Source of the DNA: an uncultured delta proteobacterium
Lineage (GTDB): Bacteria > Desulfobacterota > Syntrophia > Syntrophales > Smithellaceae
Reading direction: 5' to 3'
Length of the DNA: 64,000 nucleotides
Assembly: GCA_963753975.1 (NCBI GenBank)
Contig: CAVWEH010000002.1
Span: forward strand, 352,001 to 416,000
The notes below the pieces were generated by a model that had not been told where the DNA came from, ran no database searches, and was given only the letters and a program-made list of their open reading frames with translations. Made by a program: the position numbers and the translations under genes. Positions 1 to 10,008 of the stretch are shown here, one piece after another (positions within the stretch are counted from its first letter, which is position 1; each line of letters begins with the position of its first letter).

Positions 1-395
1 TGGACTATATTCAACTGATGCGTTCCGGCAGCTATCGCGAATCGCGCGAGCAGGAAATATCGGAAATCAGCCGTTCCTTAAAAGCGCTGGCCAAAGAGCT
101 GCGAGTGCCGGTAATTGCCCTTTCCCAACTCAACCGCAAAGTGGAAGACCGCACCAACCGTCGCCCGCAAATGGCGGATTTAAGGGAATCCGGCGCCATC
201 GAGCAGGACGCCGACGTTATCGCTTTTATTTACCGCGACGAAGTTTATAATAAATCGGAAGATAATACGGAAAAAGGATTAGCGGAAATTATCATCGCCA
301 AACAAAGAAACGGCCCGACCGGGACCGTCAAACTTGCCTTTTTGGAAAAATTTACCAGCTTCGAAAATCTGACTAGAGCCGAAAGCACATCTTAA
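1..395 (+). CDS. dnaB: Replicative DNA helicase, C-terminal part (5' end outside window)
   Basis: [25 protein letters not shown] and KQRNGPTG motifs of DnaB; frame is open to the window edge. Confidence 0.97.
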   Translation, partial: DYIQLMRSGSYRESREQEISEISRSLKALAKELRVPVIALSQLNRKVEDRTNRRPQMADLRESGAIEQDADVIAFIYRDEVYNKSEDNTEKGLAEIIIAKQRNGPTGTVKLAFLEKFTSFENLTRAESTS

Positions 396-509
396 TTACA
401 TATTATAAGTATCACGAAAAACCTTGAGCATAAATACTTCCGCATTTCAGAAGTTCTCGATTTACAGACTCAGACCGGCAAAATAATGATGATCGTTTTC
501 CGCTAGGTG

Positions 510-1301
510 TCACGAACTCATTAAAGATGTGAGCATGCCGGCGAAAACCTCGGGTTTGATACTGACGTTTCCCGTAAACGGATAATCCAACACGATAATT
601 GTAAAAAGAGTGAGCGCAATCATTGCGGCAAGAAGAGACGTCATTATTATATGCGGAACAAGATTTTCCGTACCAAACATCATAGTGAAGGCAATGGTAA
701 TAAAACTGCCGGTGATGAGAACAAAATAGAGAAGCGGATGAATGCCGGAGCTCGCATAGACAATGCGGTGCCTCCTCATTTCTCCCGCCTCGTTCATTTT
801 TTTCACGGATTCCATCAGAAATATTTTTTGCGTTTCGTTTTTCGGTTGAAAACTGCCATACAGAAGCCACAATTTTTCCTGTATTTTCTGCACTTTGGCA
901 CTTCTCTGCCCCTTGGCCATAATCTGCCACTCGTCGTTGATAATGGCATTTACATAGTTAGTCAGTTCGCTTTTGAGCCGGGCGCGAAATCCGGCAGGGA
1001 AAGGGGTGGCGTCACGATAAAGAGACGCGATGCAATTAGCCTCATTATTCGTTACTTCACTTGCTTTGTCGAAATCCTGCCAGGTAATGATGACGGTGAA
1101 AGCAAGGAGAACTGCGTAAATTACGCCGAGGGCGGCAAAAATAAAACCGGCAATATCGTTGTGATGCTTGCATTTGCCATGCGGATAAAATTTCCGAATA
1201 ATGATAAGACCTATAATAGACAACGCTACATAGACGGCAACTATGAAAAAACCAAGCAGCGGCATCGGCACGTGGATGAGCAAAATTTGAATGAATGACA
1301 T
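510..1301 (-). CDS. Membrane protein, DUF4239/bestrophin-like family
   Basis: 263 aa, four TM segments, GVIYAVLLAF and LDYPFTG motifs. Confidence 0.75.
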   Translation of the reverse strand: MSFIQILLIHVPMPLLGFFIVAVYVALSIIGLIIIRKFYPHGKCKHHNDIAGFIFAALGVIYAVLLAFTVIITWQDFDKASEVTNNEANCIASLYRDATPFPAGFRARLKSELTNYVNAIINDEWQIMAKGQRSAKVQKIQEKLWLLYGSFQPKNETQKIFLMESVKKMNEAGEMRRHRIVYASSGIHPLLYFVLITGSFITIAFTMMFGTENLVPHIIMTSLLAAMIALTLFTIIVLDYPFTGNVSIKPEVFAGMLTSLMSS

Positions 1302-1425
1302 AATTTTCTCCTCACAACTTGCAGTTTAAGAATGTATTACAATTAATCTCGAAGGTATTCTTTGGGAACACCATACGACGTTCCATTTAAAAGTTAATGT
1401 TTTTGTGCCACCGTTCCCGTACCCC

Positions 1426-2271
1426 CTATTTATCCGGCTTCAAATACGGCAGGGCCAGTTGCACCTTTTTCAGGGCTTGCTTTTCGATTTGGCGCGCCCT
1501 CTCCCGCGTTATGTTGAACTTATTGCCTATTTCCTGTAAGGTTTCGGGATTGTCCGCCATTACGCGATTGAGGATAATATAACTCTCTCTTTCGCTAAGC
1601 TTTTCCAGAGCGCTGGCAATATTGCGTTTAACCAAACTCCTTTCTTCATTTTTAATTAAAGCTACTTCCTGATTATCACCTTCATAAGCAAGCAAATCAA
1701 TATGTGCCGTATCTCCTTCGTCGCCGATAAACTCGTGCAAGGATACATCGCGCGAACCCATGCGCAAGTCCATTTCCGCCACTTCGGAACCTTTGACTCC
1801 CAGAGATTTGGCAATCTCGGCAAATTCCGGATTTTTTTTCGAGAGCGTCTGTAGTTGTTTTTTAGCCTGGCTCAATTTGAAGAAAAGTTTTCTCTGCGCC
1901 TGTGTTGTACCTATCTTAACTATGCTCCAGGACTTGATGAGATAATTTTGAATATAGGCGCGAATCCACCATACCGCGTAAGAAATGAGGCGATAGCCTT
2001 TATACGGATCAAATTTTTTCACGGCGTGAATAAGGCCGATATTGCCTTCCTGAATTAAATCGGCGAGTTTGAATCCGTAGTTGCGATATTCGTGGGCAAT
2101 CTTGACCACAAAGCGTAAATTAGAAACGACGAGCTTTTCGGCGGCTTCCATGTCATTGTGCTTTTTCAGGCGCACCGCGAATTTGAATTCCTCTTCCGGA
2201 GTTAAAAGCGGAAAGCGATTAATTTCCGCGATATATAAATCAAGAGTGCCGATTACTGCAGGCAGCTTCAC
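1426..2271 (-). CDS. rpoH: RNA polymerase sigma-32 factor
   Basis: Sigma70 regions 2-4 (DLIQEGNIGL, YAVWWIRA, TRERARQIE) plus RpoH box QRKLFFKL; GTG start with AGGAGG upstream. Confidence 0.92.
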   Translation of the reverse strand: MKLPAVIGTLDLYIAEINRFPLLTPEEEFKFAVRLKKHNDMEAAEKLVVSNLRFVVKIAHEYRNYGFKLADLIQEGNIGLIHAVKKFDPYKGYRLISYAVWWIRAYIQNYLIKSWSIVKIGTTQAQRKLFFKLSQAKKQLQTLSKKNPEFAEIAKSLGVKGSEVAEMDLRMGSRDVSLHEFIGDEGDTAHIDLLAYEGDNQEVALIKNEERSLVKRNIASALEKLSERESYIILNRVMADNPETLQEIGNKFNITRERARQIEKQALKKVQLALPYLKPDK

Positions 2272-2432
2272 CGATCAGGCCTCCTTTAAACCTCTACGCA
2301 GCTTAAAGCTCGTGAATAATTGCGAAAATAAATTCTGAGCGTTAACAGACCCTCTTCTCAAAGCTCTATCCTTAATTGATTGCTCACAATAGGCTTTTAT
2401 CCAACTAAATTTTTTCGGTCAAGAAATATATT

Positions 2433-2848
2433 AATGAAACTCAAATTTCATGAGCGAAGCAAAATGAAATTTGTTAGTCGAATTAATCCCGCAAGCTAAG
2501 CACAGCGGGGTTAATGACACCGTCCTCGGAAGCAAAAGCGAACTGAAACTGGCTAGCTGAATTATCCCGTAAACACAACGGGATAATGAGGCTCAAATAT
2601 TACAAACATTGTACAGTAATATTTGCTAATGGAATCAATGACACTCAAATTTCAAAAGCACAGCGCATTGAAATTTGTAATTGGAATTAATCCCGCAAGC
2701 GAAGCGCAACGAGGTTAATGACACCATCTTCATGAGCGAAGCGAAATTAAATTTGCCAGTCGAATCAATGAGACTCGCTGAAGACGGACGGAGTTCCGTT
2801 TGAAGCGTAAGTGGAATTGATCCCGTCAGCGCAGCGTATCGGGATTTA
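2433..2848 (+). repeat. Tandem array of six modular REP-like palindromic units (family A)
   Basis: Left motif AATGA[ACG]RCY[CGA] at 2433, 2513, 2585, 2637, 2717, 2767; variable inner hairpin; right motif GTTAGTCGAATT-like at 2473, 2552, 2625, 2677, 2755, 2807; optional ATCCCG...CGGGAT hairpin after units 1, 2, 4 and 6. Confidence 0.85.
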
Positions 2849-2870
2849 TGCTTTAATAACAAGTCTCTTC

Positions 2871-2899
2871 TTGACAGGCAAACGATCAATGTTTATTCT
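2871..2899 (+). promoter_or_regulatory. Sigma70-type promoter for the diadenylate cyclase gene
   Basis: TTGACA (2871-2876), 17 bp spacer, TATTCT (2894-2899). Confidence 0.6.
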
Positions 2900-2925
2900 A
2901 TAAACAAACCATCTAAGGGATTGAA

Positions 2926-3798
2926 ATGAAATCGATAAATAAAACCATGATTGAGCATGCCGTAAAAATTGCGTATGCCGTCAAGGCCGATTCATTGCTC
3001 GTCTGCGTTGATATCACACGGGATATTGCCGCGATAGCAGAAGAAATGAAAAAGCCTATCGGCGTAATTATCGTTACCCGTGAGGATGAAGAACTCTCCG
3101 AAGATATTAAGAAATTTGCCAAAAAATTGGATGTTCCCAACGTTAATCTGACCCGTGTGGGAAAAATTAAAATAGCTGTAGCCAAAGGAATAGTTTTAGG
3201 CTTTTTTAAAAGAGGAGATAAAATAGTCTGCTTGAGCGGTGTACCGAAGTTTGGTTATGCCGACAGCATCATTGTCATTGATGTCGGCAAAGAATTTGAA
3301 ATTTTAACATCTGATTTCATCAACGACGTTATCGAAAATGTTCAACCGGAAGTTTTTAACACTGCTCTGAATATCGCCTGTGAATTGGCTGCTCAAGGAC
3401 GCGAAAGCAAAAAAGCGGGAACAATCTTTGTGCTGGGGGATGATGAGAAAGTCATGCAGCTTTCCCAGCAAATGATTATCAATCCCTTTTTAGGATATTC
3501 GGAAGAGCAACTTAACATTTTGGATCCGGAACTCGAAGAAACGATCAAAGAATTATCGGCAATCGACGGCGCCTTTATCATCAAAGAAAACGGGGTCCTC
3601 GTTACCGCCGGAAGACATCTGAATGCCGCCGTGGACAGCCGTGATTTTCCGGCCGGTTTGGGGAGCCGCCATATCGCCGCCGCCGGTATCACTAACGTTA
3701 CCAAAGCACTGGCTATAGTCATTTCCGAATCTTCGGGAAATGTAACAGTTTTTAAAAACGGCAAACTTTTTGTCACTATTGAAAAGCCGGTAGAGTAA
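2926..3798 (+). CDS. Diadenylate cyclase (DisA_N/DAC domain), soluble DacZ/CdaZ-like architecture
   Basis: DGA (SAIDGAFII) and GSRHIAAA motifs, C-terminal ISESSG; N-terminal alpha/beta domain without TM helices. Confidence 0.85.
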   Translation: MKSINKTMIEHAVKIAYAVKADSLLVCVDITRDIAAIAEEMKKPIGVIIVTREDEELSEDIKKFAKKLDVPNVNLTRVGKIKIAVAKGIVLGFFKRGDKIVCLSGVPKFGYADSIIVIDVGKEFEILTSDFINDVIENVQPEVFNTALNIACELAAQGRESKKAGTIFVLGDDEKVMQLSQQMIINPFLGYSEEQLNILDPELEETIKELSAIDGAFIIKENGVLVTAGRHLNAAVDSRDFPAGLGSRHIAAAGITNVTKALAIVISESSGNVTVFKNGKLFVTIEKPVE

Positions 3799-3973
3799 TG
3801 AGACCAAAATTTCAGAAACGAAATGAATAACCTAAAGGTCATCTGCGACTAAAATTTGTTAGTCGTAGTGAGACTTTCTGAAAACGAGCATAACGAAGTT
3901 TGAAGAGTTAGTCGAACTATCCAATAGCCAAAGGCTATTGGAAATTATCCCGCAAAGCAGGGTAGTCAGGATA
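3797..3973 (+). repeat. Family A repeat cluster (two units plus hairpins)
   Basis: AATGAGACCA..GTTAGTCGT (3797-3866), AGTGAGACTT..GTTAGTCGAACT (3867-3918), hairpin TCCAATAGCC-AAA-GGCTATTGGA, ATTATCCCGC module. Confidence 0.8.
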
Positions 3974-3977
3974 AACT

Positions 3978-6572
3978 ATGCGTTTTGATAAATTCACCTT
4001 AAAAGTCCAGGAAGCGATTCAGGAAGCACAGACGCTCGCTGGCTCCTACGGCCATCAAGCGATTGAGCCGGAACATCTGCTGGTTTCTTTTTTGCGGCAG
4101 GAAGAAGGCATTGTCGGAGCTATCCTCGAAAAGCTGGGCGCCCTGCCTAGTCAGATTGAACAGAAGCTTGTCGGTTTTCTCACAAAACAACCGCGCGTGG
4201 AGGGCTCCGCCACATCGGAAGCATATCTCTCCGGTCGCCTGAATAAAATTTTCGATAAAGCTCTCACCGAAGCCGCCCGTCTCAAAGACGAATACGTGAG
4301 CGCGGAACATGTTTTGATTGCGATAAGCGAAGAGAAAACCGGTGAAGCCGCAAAGATCTTACGTCAAGCGGGAGTGACCAAAGACAGTATCTTTAAAGTT
4401 TTGGTGGAAATCAGGGGCAATCAAAGAGTTACCGATCCTAATCCGGAAGGGAAATACCAAGCTCTGGAACGTTACGCCAAAGACTTCAATGAACTGGCTC
4501 GTAAAGGCTCTTTTGATCCGGTAATCGGGCGGGATGAAGAAATACGGCGCATCATGCAGGTGCTTTCGCGCCGCACAAAAAACAATCCGGTCTTGATCGG
4601 AGAGCCGGGTGTTGGAAAAACGGCGATTGTCGAAGGGTTGGCGCAACGCATTGTCAACGGCGATGTGCCGGAAAGTCTGAAAGACAAACGCGTAATCGGC
4701 CTCGATATCGGATCTTTGGTTGCCGGAGCGAAATATCGCGGTGAATTTGAAGAAAGGCTCAAAGCCGTTCTCAAAGAAGTTGTCGGTTCCAACGGTCAAG
4801 TCATTCTCTTTATCGATGAAATACATACTGTTGTCGGTGCGGGAGCCGCCGAAGGGTCAGTTGACGCCTCCAACATGCTCAAGCCCGCACTAGCGCGGGG
4901 CGAGTTACGCTGCGTCGGCGCCACGACACTTAATGAGTACCGGAAGTACATCGAAAAGGACGCCGCTTTGGAGAGGCGTTTCCAGCCTATTTTCGTCAAA
5001 GAGCCCACGGTCGAAGATACCATTGCCATTTTAAGAGGACTGAAAGAACGATACGAGGTGCATCACGGCGTCAGAATTAAAGATTCCGCAATCATCGCCG
5101 CCGCCACACTTTCCAACCGCTATATTTCCGACCGCTTTCTGCCCGATAAAGCGGTCGATCTTATTGATGAAGCGGCATCCCGTTTGCGAATAGAGCTCGA
5201 CAGCATGCCTTCGGAAATCGACGCCATTGACCGGAAAGTCATCCAACTGGAAATCGAACGACAATCCCTGAAAAACGAAACGGACAAAATCGCCAAAGAA
5301 AGACACAGCAAAATTGATAAGGAGCTGGCGGAGCTCAAAGAAAACATGAAGCAGATGAAATTGCACTGGTCTAATGAAAAGGATATTATAAAAAAGATTC
5401 AAAGCATTAAGAGCCAGGAGGAGGCATTAAAGATAGAAGAGACCAATGCCCAGCGCGAAGGCAATCTCGCCAAAGCCGCTGAAATCCGTTACGGAAAACT
5501 GGTAGCTTTGAACAAACAGTTACAAGAAGATCAGCTAAAACTTGAGGAAATCCAAAAAAACAAACAAATGCTCAAAGAAGAAGTGGATGCTGAAGACGTA
5601 GCCAAAGTCGTCTCCAACTGGACAGGTGTTCCGCTGGCGCGGATGATGGAAAGCGACGTACAAAAACTCATCCACATGGAAGAGCGGCTCAAACTGCGGG
5701 TTATCGGCCAGGATGAAGGTATTCAAGCGGTTTCTGCGGCGCTGCGGCGCGCACGCTCCGGACTGCAAGATCCCAACCGGCCCATCGGTTCATTTATTTT
5801 CCTGGGGCCGACCGGCGTCGGCAAAACCGAACTGGCACGCGCTTTGGCGAAATTCATGTTTGACAATGAGCAGGCGATGGTGCGCATTGACATGTCTGAA
5901 TACATGGAAAAACATGCCGTGGCCCGGTTAATCGGCGCCCCGCCCGGTTATGTCGGCTATGACGAAGGCGGTCATTTAACGGAAACCGTAAGACGCAAAC
6001 CTTATTGCGTCTTGCTGTTCGACGAAATCGAAAAAGCTCATCCCGACGTCTTCAATATTTTATTACAGATACTCGATGACGGGCGGCTCACCGACGGACA
6101 TGGCCGAACTGTCGATTTCAAAAACACAATCGTGATTATGACTTCCAACGTGGGCGGACAATGGATCCAGGATTCAATTTTGGACGAAAAGGAGAAACAA
6201 AACCGGTCAATGGAAGCCCTGCGCGCTACTTTCAAGCCGGAATTCTTAAACCGTATCGACGATATTATTATTTTCCGCACCTTGACGCCTGAAGATATCA
6301 ACCGCATTGTCGATATTCAATTGGCTCTTATTGATAAAAGGCTCAAAGACCGCAAACTCAGCATCGAATTGACAGATGAAGCAAAAAAATATATGGCTGA
6401 AGTCGGCTACAGCCCCGTATACGGCGCCCGCCCCCTCAAGCGTTCGTTGCAGAAAATGATTCTGGATCCGCTGGCGCTCGAAATACTGGCCGGTAAATTT
6501 ACTGAGGGAGATCGAGTTGTAGCAAGCTTATCTAAAAAAGGTGAAATAACTTTAACTAAGAAGCAGAAATAG
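3978..6572 (+). CDS. clpB: ATP-dependent chaperone ClpB
   Basis: Clp N domain, two AAA+ Walker A motifs ([16 protein letters not shown]), long coiled-coil middle domain, 864 aa. Confidence 0.97.
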   Translation: MRFDKFTLKVQEAIQEAQTLAGSYGHQAIEPEHLLVSFLRQEEGIVGAILEKLGALPSQIEQKLVGFLTKQPRVEGSATSEAYLSGRLNKIFDKALTEAARLKDEYVSAEHVLIAISEEKTGEAAKILRQAGVTKDSIFKVLVEIRGNQRVTDPNPEGKYQALERYAKDFNELARKGSFDPVIGRDEEIRRIMQVLSRRTKNNPVLIGEPGVGKTAIVEGLAQRIVNGDVPESLKDKRVIGLDIGSLVAGAKYRGEFEERLKAVLKEVVGSNGQVILFIDEIHTVVGAGAAEGSVDASNMLKPALARGELRCVGATTLNEYRKYIEKDAALERRFQPIFVKEPTVEDTIAILRGLKERYEVHHGVRIKDSAIIAAATLSNRYISDRFLPDKAVDLIDEAASRLRIELDSMPSEIDAIDRKVIQLEIERQSLKNETDKIAKERHSKIDKELAELKENMKQMKLHWSNEKDIIKKIQSIKSQEEALKIEETNAQREGNLAKAAEIRYGKLVALNKQLQEDQLKLEEIQKNKQMLKEEVDAEDVAKVVSNWTGVPLARMMESDVQKLIHMEERLKLRVIGQDEGIQAVSAALRRARSGLQDPNRPIGSFIFLGPTGVGKTELARALAKFMFDNEQAMVRIDMSEYMEKHAVARLIGAPPGYVGYDEGGHLTETVRRKPYCVLLFDEIEKAHPDVFNILLQILDDGRLTDGHGRTVDFKNTIVIMTSNVGGQWIQDSILDEKEKQNRSMEALRATFKPEFLNRIDDIIIFRTLTPEDINRIVDIQLALIDKRLKDRKLSIELTDEAKKYMAEVGYSPVYGARPLKRSLQKMILDPLALEILAGKFTEGDRVVASLSKKGEITLTKKQK

Positions 6573-6629
6573 AAATCACGGGGATAAACCCAAAGCAAAT
6601 TTGGGTTCATACCATTCGCTTTGTGGGAC

Positions 6630-6741
6630 AATTCAACTGACAGATATTACCGCAGTGCGCTTGTGGAGAACCTCTGTAAGGAGCCGAAGGCTATTTTCAA
6701 AGACATGACATTCCGTAATGGGATAATATCTGAGTTTCATT
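6630..6741 (-). repeat. Family A repeat unit with a long nested loop
   Basis: Minus strand reads AATGAAACTC-AGATATTA...(74 nt)...TAATATCT-GTCAGTTGAATT-GTCCCAC. Confidence 0.75.
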
Positions 6742-6770
6742 AGAATTGGAGTTTCACAAATAAAAGGAGG

Positions 6771-7622
6771 ATGGAAATGGGGAACACTGTAAAAACCGCT
6801 CTTTTGCTCGGAGCTCTAACCGGATTATTGATGCTGGTCGGCGGCCTGATCGGCGGCCGCGGAGGCGTCTACATTGCTTTTATCTTGGCGATGATTTTAA
6901 ACTTCGGCAGTTACTGGTTTTCCGATAAAATCGTTTTGAAAATGTATCATGCTCAGGAAGTTTCCGAAAATTCAGCGCCCGGCCTTTTCGGCATTGTGCG
7001 CAATCTCGCTCTAAAAGCCCAATTACCGATGCCGCGGGTGTACATTATTCCCGAAGAGACAGCCAATGCCTTCGCCACGGGTCGCAATGAAAAACACGCC
7101 GTTGTTGCCGTCACCGAAGGAATCATGAGAATTTTGAACGAGGAAGAACTCGAGGGCGTAATTGCCCATGAGCTCTCCCATATTAAAAACAGTGATATGC
7201 TGATCGGCTCGATTGCCGCAACTCTGGCCGGCGCTATCGTCATGCTGGCGCACATGGCGCAATGGGCGGCAATTTTCGGCGGCGGCAGTGACGACGATGA
7301 CGGCGGAGGAATTATAGGGCTGATCGCCATGGCTATTCTTGCCCCTATTGCTGCTGCGCTCATCCAAATGGCGATTTCCCGTTCCCGCGAATATCTGGCG
7401 GATGCCAGCGGCGCGCGCATCACGAAAAATCCCTATGGCCTCGCCGGTGCGCTGGAAAAGCTCTCTCGGGCATCGCAAGTAATTCCCATGGATGCGAAGC
7501 CCTCTACCGCTCATTTATTTATCGTCAATCCGCTTTCGGGAAAATTGCTCATGAATCTTTTCAGCACTCATCCGCCTCTGGAAGACCGGATTGCCCGCTT
7601 AAAAAGCATGAAACCATACTAA
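6771..7622 (+). CDS. htpX: Zinc metalloprotease HtpX (M48)
   Basis: HELSH zinc motif, [21 protein letters not shown]; true start may be ATG 6777 given AAGGAGG at 6764-6770. Confidence 0.95.
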   Translation: MEMGNTVKTALLLGALTGLLMLVGGLIGGRGGVYIAFILAMILNFGSYWFSDKIVLKMYHAQEVSENSAPGLFGIVRNLALKAQLPMPRVYIIPEETANAFATGRNEKHAVVAVTEGIMRILNEEELEGVIAHELSHIKNSDMLIGSIAATLAGAIVMLAHMAQWAAIFGGGSDDDDGGGIIGLIAMAILAPIAAALIQMAISRSREYLADASGARITKNPYGLAGALEKLSRASQVIPMDAKPSTAHLFIVNPLSGKLLMNLFSTHPPLEDRIARLKSMKPY

Positions 7623-7657
7623 AAACATTTTGCGCTGCAGTAATGGGAGGAATAACG

Positions 7658-8077
7658 ATGAATGAGAAGAAGAACAGGAAAAAGAAAGATTCGGGATTTG
7701 TGGTAAAAGATAAGCGTCTCTTTGCCGAATCGGATGAGCCGCGTCCAAAAGAAGAAGTAAAGCCTTCCGCTGCCGCAGAGGCGCCCAAACCTCAAGAATC
7801 CCCGGAGAGAGCAACCAACCCGGAGGCTGATTATCCACTGGTAAATTTTACTAATTTCGTCTTCTCCCTCAGCACTTCCGCTTTTTTTCATTTTGGCGAT
7901 TTTCCCGATTCTGAAGGCGGCGCGTCGCAAAAGAACTTGCCTGCCGCAAAACAAACTATTGATATTCTGGATATGCTCAATGAAAAAACAAAAGGCAACC
8001 TGGATGAGAACGAAAACAAATTAATTCAAAGTGTCCTTTATGAACTGAAGATGCGCTACGTCAAAGAAAAGGCATGA
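7658..8077 (+). CDS. DUF1844 domain protein
   Basis: AKQTIDILDMLNEKTKGNL...LYELKMRYV signature; start placed after GGGAGG. Confidence 0.8.
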   Translation: MNEKKNRKKKDSGFVVKDKRLFAESDEPRPKEEVKPSAAAEAPKPQESPERATNPEADYPLVNFTNFVFSLSTSAFFHFGDFPDSEGGASQKNLPAAKQTIDILDMLNEKTKGNLDENENKLIQSVLYELKMRYVKEKA

Positions 8078-8078
8078 A

Positions 8079-8915
8079 ATGCACTGGAAGGCGCCCGCAA
8101 AAATAAACCTTTTCTTGCGCGTCCTCAACAAACGTGCCGATGGTTACCACAACATTTTTTCCCTCCTGCAAAAAATAGCAATTTATGATGAGTTAACTTT
8201 TTTGCCACGCCCTTCGGGAATTGTCCTAAATTGCCCGGCGAGCGGCCTGCCAACTGTCGAAGATAATTTAGTCTTTCGCGCGGCGCAATCTATTTTCGCT
8301 TATACTAACTATCCTTCCGGTATAGAAATCAAGCTTATCAAAAAAATCCCTCTGGCCGCCGGACTGGGGGGCGGCAGTTCCGATGCCGCTACAACTTTAA
8401 TCGCCTTAAACGAAATATGTTCTTTGGGGTTAAAAAAACGGGAACTAATGATGCTGGGAGCAAAGCTGGGGGCGGATGTCCCCTTTTTTATTTTTGGAAA
8501 CACGGCTTTGGCTTCCGGCATAGGCAACGAGTTGAAAGCCGTAAAAGCCATGCCCGAACTAAACCTTGTCCTTATCAATCTCCAATTTCCCCTCTCGACA
8601 AAAATGGTTTACGCCAACCTCAATTTGAGATTGACAAGCCAAAAAATTAATTATAGCATTCCGCGGTTTTTCGCACTGGGTGATGTAATCCGGGAATTGC
8701 ATAATGATTTAGAAGAAGTTTCGCTGAAATTGCATCCCGAATTAAATAACTTAAAGCAGATTTTGCTGTGTCATGGCGCGCTTGGTGCATTGATGTCGGG
8801 CAGCGGCCCTACGGTCTTTGGCATTTTTCCGGATGAAAAATCGGCAAAAACGGCTAGGAAGGCTATCGAAAAAGAAATTTCCTCTGCAGCTGTTTTTTTT
8901 GCCCGATCATTGTAA
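8079..8915 (+). CDS. ispE: 4-diphosphocytidyl-2-C-methyl-D-erythritol kinase
   Basis: APAKINLFL, GYH, KKIPLAAGLGGGSSDAA, MSGSGPT motifs. Confidence 0.96.
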   Translation: MHWKAPAKINLFLRVLNKRADGYHNIFSLLQKIAIYDELTFLPRPSGIVLNCPASGLPTVEDNLVFRAAQSIFAYTNYPSGIEIKLIKKIPLAAGLGGGSSDAATTLIALNEICSLGLKKRELMMLGAKLGADVPFFIFGNTALASGIGNELKAVKAMPELNLVLINLQFPLSTKMVYANLNLRLTSQKINYSIPRFFALGDVIRELHNDLEEVSLKLHPELNNLKQILLCHGALGALMSGSGPTVFGIFPDEKSAKTARKAIEKEISSAAVFFARSL

Positions 8916-8957
8916 CCGCTGCATCATCCGGATGTAGCATTGATTTGTAGAATACAT

Positions 8958-9032
8958 TGGGGCGTCGTCAAGCGGTAAGACACAGGATTTTGGTTCCTGC
9001 ATTCGGAGGTTCGAATCCTCCCGCCCCAGCCA
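8958..9032 (+). tRNA. tRNA-Gln (TTG)
   Basis: Acceptor stem TGGGGCG/CGCCCCA, anticodon arm CAGGA-TTTTGGT-TCCTG, T arm GGAGG-TTCGAAT-CCTCC, encoded CCA; conserved ispE-tRNA(Gln)-prs order. Confidence 0.97.
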
Positions 9033-9057
9033 TAAATAAAATCGGGAAAGGCTTTAA

Positions 9058-9999
9058 ATGCTAGAAAGAATTAGGATATTTTCTGGAAATTCCAACATTA
9101 CACTGGCCAGGAAAATTTGTAAAAATTTGGGTGTGCCTTTAGGCAAAGCCAATGTAACGACTTTCAGCGATGGGGAAACTCAAGTGGAAATCAACGAAAA
9201 TGTCCGCGGCATGGATGTTTTCATTGTCCAATCTACATGCTCGCCGGTGAATGTAATGTGCATGGAACTTCTGATCATGATTGATGCCATGAAGCGCGCC
9301 TCAGCCGACCGGATTACCGCTGTTATGCCTTATTATGGTTACGGCCGCCAGGATAGAAAAGTCGCCCCGCGCGCGCCGATTTCAGCTAAATTACTCGCCG
9401 ATCTCATTACCACCGCGGGAGCTAACCGTGTTCTTTCCATGGACCTGCACGCCGGTCAGATTCAGGGGTTTTTCAATATTCCGGTGGATAATCTTTTTGC
9501 CACGCCGGTTTTGCTTGATTACATGAAAAAAGCTTGCCTGAACAATACCGTGGTTGTGTCGCCGGATACCGGCGGCGTGGAGCGCGCCCGGGCATTTGGT
9601 AAACGCTTAGGGGCAAGTCTCGCCATCATTGATAAACGAAGAGAAGGACCCAATGAAGCCCAGGTAATGAATATCATCGGTAATGTCGAGGGCAAAAGAG
9701 TTCTCATCCTGGACGACATGGTGGATACGGCCGGAACTGTAGTCCAGGCCGCGAACGCCTTAAAAAACGCCGGCGCGATAGAAATCTTTGTCTGCTGCAC
9801 GCACCCGGTCTTATCCGGTCCGGCGCTTGATCGTATTGAAGGCTCCGATATTAAAGAGGTCGTTGTAACCGATACGATACCGCTTAATGATCGGGCAAAA
9901 AACTGCAAAAGAATAAAAGTTTTATCGGTATCCGGCCTTTTATCGGAAGCCGTGCGCCGAATTTATTATAACGATTCCGTAAGTTCATTATTTATATAG
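9058..9999 (+). CDS. prs: Ribose-phosphate pyrophosphokinase
   Basis: [37 protein letters not shown] motifs. Confidence 0.97.
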   Translation: MLERIRIFSGNSNITLARKICKNLGVPLGKANVTTFSDGETQVEINENVRGMDVFIVQSTCSPVNVMCMELLIMIDAMKRASADRITAVMPYYGYGRQDRKVAPRAPISAKLLADLITTAGANRVLSMDLHAGQIQGFFNIPVDNLFATPVLLDYMKKACLNNTVVVSPDTGGVERARAFGKRLGASLAIIDKRREGPNEAQVMNIIGNVEGKRVLILDDMVDTAGTVVQAANALKNAGAIEIFVCCTHPVLSGPALDRIEGSDIKEVVVTDTIPLNDRAKNCKRIKVLSVSGLLSEAVRRIYYNDSVSSLFI

Positions 10000-10008
10000 G
10001 AGGAACAA

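Noticed and set aside
651..1298. Long antisense ORFs over core genes (also 12791-13411, 44958-45650, 52396-53253, 53505-54191)
   Set aside because: They are shadows of well-supported genes with no recognisable motifs, explained by codon usage that avoids TTA/CTA/TCA.
2433..2848. CRISPR array interpretation of the six-unit repeat
   Set aside because: The borders are short and degenerate, the interiors are palindromic and related to each other rather than unique spacers, the period is irregular (50-80 bp), copies are dispersed, and there are no cas genes.
2433..2848. Integron attC array or SECIS elements
   Set aside because: GTTAGTC resembles GTTRRRY but there is no RYYYAAC partner, no cassette ORFs and no intI. 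The AUGA/GA motif resembles a eukaryotic SECIS core, but no in-frame UGA selenoprotein is adjacent and copies occur in both orientations.
2635..2889. 84-aa ORF across the repeat array
   Set aside because: It lies mostly within the palindromic repeats and has no protein-like features.
2272..3977. CIRCE/HrcA operator upstream of rpoH or clpB
   Set aside because: No TTAGCACTC-N9-GAGTGCTAA match was found by eye.
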